DNA of 64,000 nucleotides from an uncultured Gammaproteobacteria bacterium (GTDB taxonomy: Bacteria > Pseudomonadota > Gammaproteobacteria > UBA9214). This document shows positions 61,771-64,000 of the stretch, piece after piece; within the stretch, counting starts at the first letter, position 1; every line of letters starts with the position of its first letter. The DNA lies in the NCBI GenBank assembly GCA_963773065.1, contig CAVYZN010000016.1:80904-144903 (forward strand), in the 5' to 3' direction. The position numbers were made by a program, and so were the translations under genes. Under the pieces are notes generated by a model, which was given only the letters and a program-made list of their open reading frames with translations, was not told where the DNA came from and ran no database searches.

Positions 61771-63837
61771 TTATGGATGGACACCAGTTAGGTCCATCGT
61801 TTCCACGGCGGTACTGGCGCGGCGCGCCTGCTCGATGCGCCACCAGGCCTCCAGCACGCAGGCGACCGACCAGGCCTGCGCCGGGGCGCCGCGCGGGGTG
61901 TGCGGCGGATCGCCGTCGAAGATCTCGCTCACCGTGCCCAGGCCCGCATCGCGCAGATGATCCTGAACCGGTTCGAGCAACCGCTGCGCCGCGGTCGCAT
62001 CGCCGTTCACGCGATAGTGAGCGAGCGCGTAATGGCCGAGCAGCCAGCTCCACAGCGGTCCCTGGTGATAGCCGCTGTCGCGCTCCCATACGCCGCCCTG
62101 GTAGCGCGGCCGGTAGTCGGGGTGCGCGGGGGTGAGCGAGTGCAGCCCGTAGGAGCCAAGCAGCTCGCGCGCACACTCGGCCACCACGGCGGCTTGCGCC
62201 TCGGCGGGCAGGGGACTGTGCGGCAGGCTGACGGCGAAGATCTGATTGGGACGCACGCTGGGATCGTCGCCCGCGGGGCCGTCGAGCACGTCGAACAGGC
62301 CGCCCTCCGCCCGGCGGTAGCGCGCGAAGCCCGCGCCTGCTTGCGCGGCCAGCGTCTCATAGCGTTCGGTGGGCCGCCCGAGGTCCCGGGCGAAGCCGGC
62401 CATGACGCACAGGGCGTTGTACCACAGGGCGTTGATCTCGACCGGCTTGCCGATGCGCGGCGTCACCACCCAGTCGCCGAGCTTCGCGTCCATCCAGGTG
62501 AGCTGCACCCCCGGTACGCCGGCGCGCAGCAGGCCGTCGGCGGGGTCCACGCCGATGCCGTAGCGCGTGCCGCGGACATGCCAGTCGATGATCGATTCCA
62601 GCACCGGGAACACCCGCGAGAGCGCCGCTCGGTCGCGCGCGGCCTCGTGGTAGGCGCGCCACGCCTCCACGTACCAGAGCGCGGCGTCCACGGTGTTGTA
62701 GTCGGGACGGTCGCCGGCGCCGGGAAATACGTTCGGCAGCATGCCCTGGTCCACGAAGCGGGCGAAGGTCTCGAGGATGCGCCGCGCGCTGTCATAGCGG
62801 CCGGTGGCGAGTGTCAGACCGGGCAGGGCGATCATGGTGTCGCGCCCCCAGTCGCCGAACCACGGATAACCCGCGATCACCGATTCCCCGTCCGGCGCCT
62901 CGGGCAGCGGCCGAGCGAATATGAAGCTGTCGGCGGCCAGCACCAGTTGTTGCAACCAGGCGGGCGCCGCGCGCAGGCCGGGAGTGTGCAGGCGGGCGCG
63001 CGCTAGTACGCCGCGGTCGTGGGCCTGGAAGCGCCGCAGCGCCTCCTCGAGATAGGGCGAGGCATCCTCGCGCAGGCTGGCCGTGATCCCGCTCCAGAGG
63101 CCCGGCGTAAGTTCCAGCAGCGCCTCGCCCACGCACAGGTGGTTGTCGGTCGGATCGAGGCCGCGTTCGCGTTCCACCGGCAGGTCGAGGTTCTCGATCC
63201 AGGTGTGGTCGCTGCGCAGTTCACCCGCCGTGGCGCGGAGAGTCAGCCGGAACCCATTGGGATGGATGACGGTGAGTCGTTGGCCCTCCTGTGCGATGAC
63301 CGGGTTGAAATCCCAGGGACGGGCGCTGCCGTGGTGGTCGCGTGCGTTGACCAGGAACCGCACCCGCAGCCGCGGCGCCCCTACTCCTGAAACTGGGCTT
63401 GCCAGGCGATAGGCGACATAGGTCGTGTGCGCCCCCGGCTCCATCCAGATGCGCTGCTCGAGGCGCAGCGCGCCGGCAGCGTAGTGCCACACCGGCATGC
63501 GGCCCTCGAGATGAAACGACTCGATATGCACGTGTCCTTGCGGCGCGACCGCACCGCCCGACCAGTGGTTGGTGCCCAACTCCCATTCTCGGCTGCCTGC
63601 AAGCAGCACCGCCTCGGCCTTGGCGAACACCAGGTGGCGGCCAAGCGGCGGATTGACCGGGGCGATCAGCAGGCCGTGGTAGCGGCGCGTCAGGCTGCCC
63701 GTGATGGTGCCGGCGGCATAGCCGCCGAGCCCGTTGGCGAGCCACCATTCGCGCCGTTCGGCCTGGGCGAGGTCGCCGCAGATCTCGCGTCCGAAGCGGA
63801 TGAACTCAGGCAAGGGCGTGTTCACGATCGGCGGCAT
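61771..63837 (-). CDS. Amylo-alpha-1,6-glucosidase (GH133, glycogen debranching-type)
   Basis: REW...NGLGGYA.GT...TRRYHGLL, IAGYPWFGDWGRDTMI.L.GL, TWMDA, PR.GKPVEINALWYNAL, RPNQ.FA.SL, YHQG..W, QAWSVA. Confidence 0.92.
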   Translation of the reverse strand: MPPIVNTPLPEFIRFGREICGDLAQAERREWWLANGLGGYAAGTITGSLTRRYHGLLIAPVNPPLGRHLVFAKAEAVLLAGSREWELGTNHWSGGAVAPQGHVHIESFHLEGRMPVWHYAAGALRLEQRIWMEPGAHTTYVAYRLASPVSGVGAPRLRVRFLVNARDHHGSARPWDFNPVIAQEGQRLTVIHPNGFRLTLRATAGELRSDHTWIENLDLPVERERGLDPTDNHLCVGEALLELTPGLWSGITASLREDASPYLEEALRRFQAHDRGVLARARLHTPGLRAAPAWLQQLVLAADSFIFARPLPEAPDGESVIAGYPWFGDWGRDTMIALPGLTLATGRYDSARRILETFARFVDQGMLPNVFPGAGDRPDYNTVDAALWYVEAWRAYHEAARDRAALSRVFPVLESIIDWHVRGTRYGIGVDPADGLLRAGVPGVQLTWMDAKLGDWVVTPRIGKPVEINALWYNALCVMAGFARDLGRPTERYETLAAQAGAGFARYRRAEGGLFDVLDGPAGDDPSVRPNQIFAVSLPHSPLPAEAQAAVVAECARELLGSYGLHSLTPAHPDYRPRYQGGVWERDSGYHQGPLWSWLLGHYALAHYRVNGDATAAQRLLEPVQDHLRDAGLGTVSEIFDGDPPHTPRGAPAQAWSVACVLEAWWRIEQARRASTAVETMDLTGVHP

Positions 63838-64000
63838 CGCGGGTCTCCCGGTTGTGTTGGCCCAGCAGGTCGCTCACCCGCAGCGACCAGGCGAAGATGG
63901 TGAGCGAGGGGTTGACGCGGCTCGAGCGCGGCAGCACGCTGCCGTCGACGACGTAGAGGTTATCCATGCCGTGCACCTTCCCGCTCGCGTCCACCACCGA
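63806..64000 (-). CDS. GMC oxidoreductase C-terminus (continues beyond the window)
   Basis: VVDA.GKVHG.DNLYVVDGSVLP.S..VNPSLTI.A..LR. Confidence 0.85.
   Translation of the reverse strand, partial: SVVDASGKVHGMDNLYVVDGSVLPRSSRVNPSLTIFAWSLRVSDLLGQHNRETRDAADREHALA

Noticed and set aside
1-64000. Frameshifts in recB, mlaC, luxR, yeiH, aprB, aprA, asmA, the secreted protein and egtB as programmed frameshifting or mass pseudogenisation
   Set aside because: They are scattered single indels, some at short homopolymers, in otherwise well-conserved genes with no shared slippery motif; uncorrected long-read errors are the simplest explanation
1-64000. CRISPR array, tRNA or rRNA genes, reverse transcriptase, integrase or prophage genes
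   Set aside because: No regularly spaced repeat-spacer array, cloverleaf or matching protein motifs were seen; the repeats found are isolated palindromes or two-copy duplications

Overview
A GC-rich chromosomal window, most likely from a sulfur-oxidising gammaproteobacterium (aprM-aprB-aprA, a YeiH-type sulfate exporter, DecR). Many genes carry single-base frameshifts (recB, mlaC-like, luxR, yeiH, aprB, aprA, asmA, egtB, a large secreted protein), which look like long-read indel errors rather than true pseudogenes. Core and physiology genes: recB/recD, a SPOR protein, a Ser/Thr kinase, an AcrAB-type RND pump, mpg, dps, oxyR, ybiT, a SleB hydrolase and egtB/egtD. Accessory content: a bufferin-type MNIO RiPP cluster, an S8 protease with a PrcB-like partner, PAS-LuxR regulators, many toxin-antitoxin modules (several reduced to an orphan antitoxin), a decayed integron-cassette array, an IS3 remnant, a ~500 bp tandem duplication and several REP/MITE-like palindrome families, two of which bracket gene modules in inverted orientation. 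Best novelty candidates: (1) a bacterial dual-specificity phosphatase carrying the plant LSF2/SEX4 glucan-phosphatase motifs, fused to a DUF2934-like tail; (2) a GMC oxidoreductase / GH133 / GH63 / 2xDoxX-NDH-2 fusion / MFS cluster next to an atypical egtB-egtD pair; (3) small unannotated proteins (DRR-motif miniproteins and an ATGA-coupled operon in front of an orphan mlaC). All family assignments come from recognising motifs by eye; no database searches were run.
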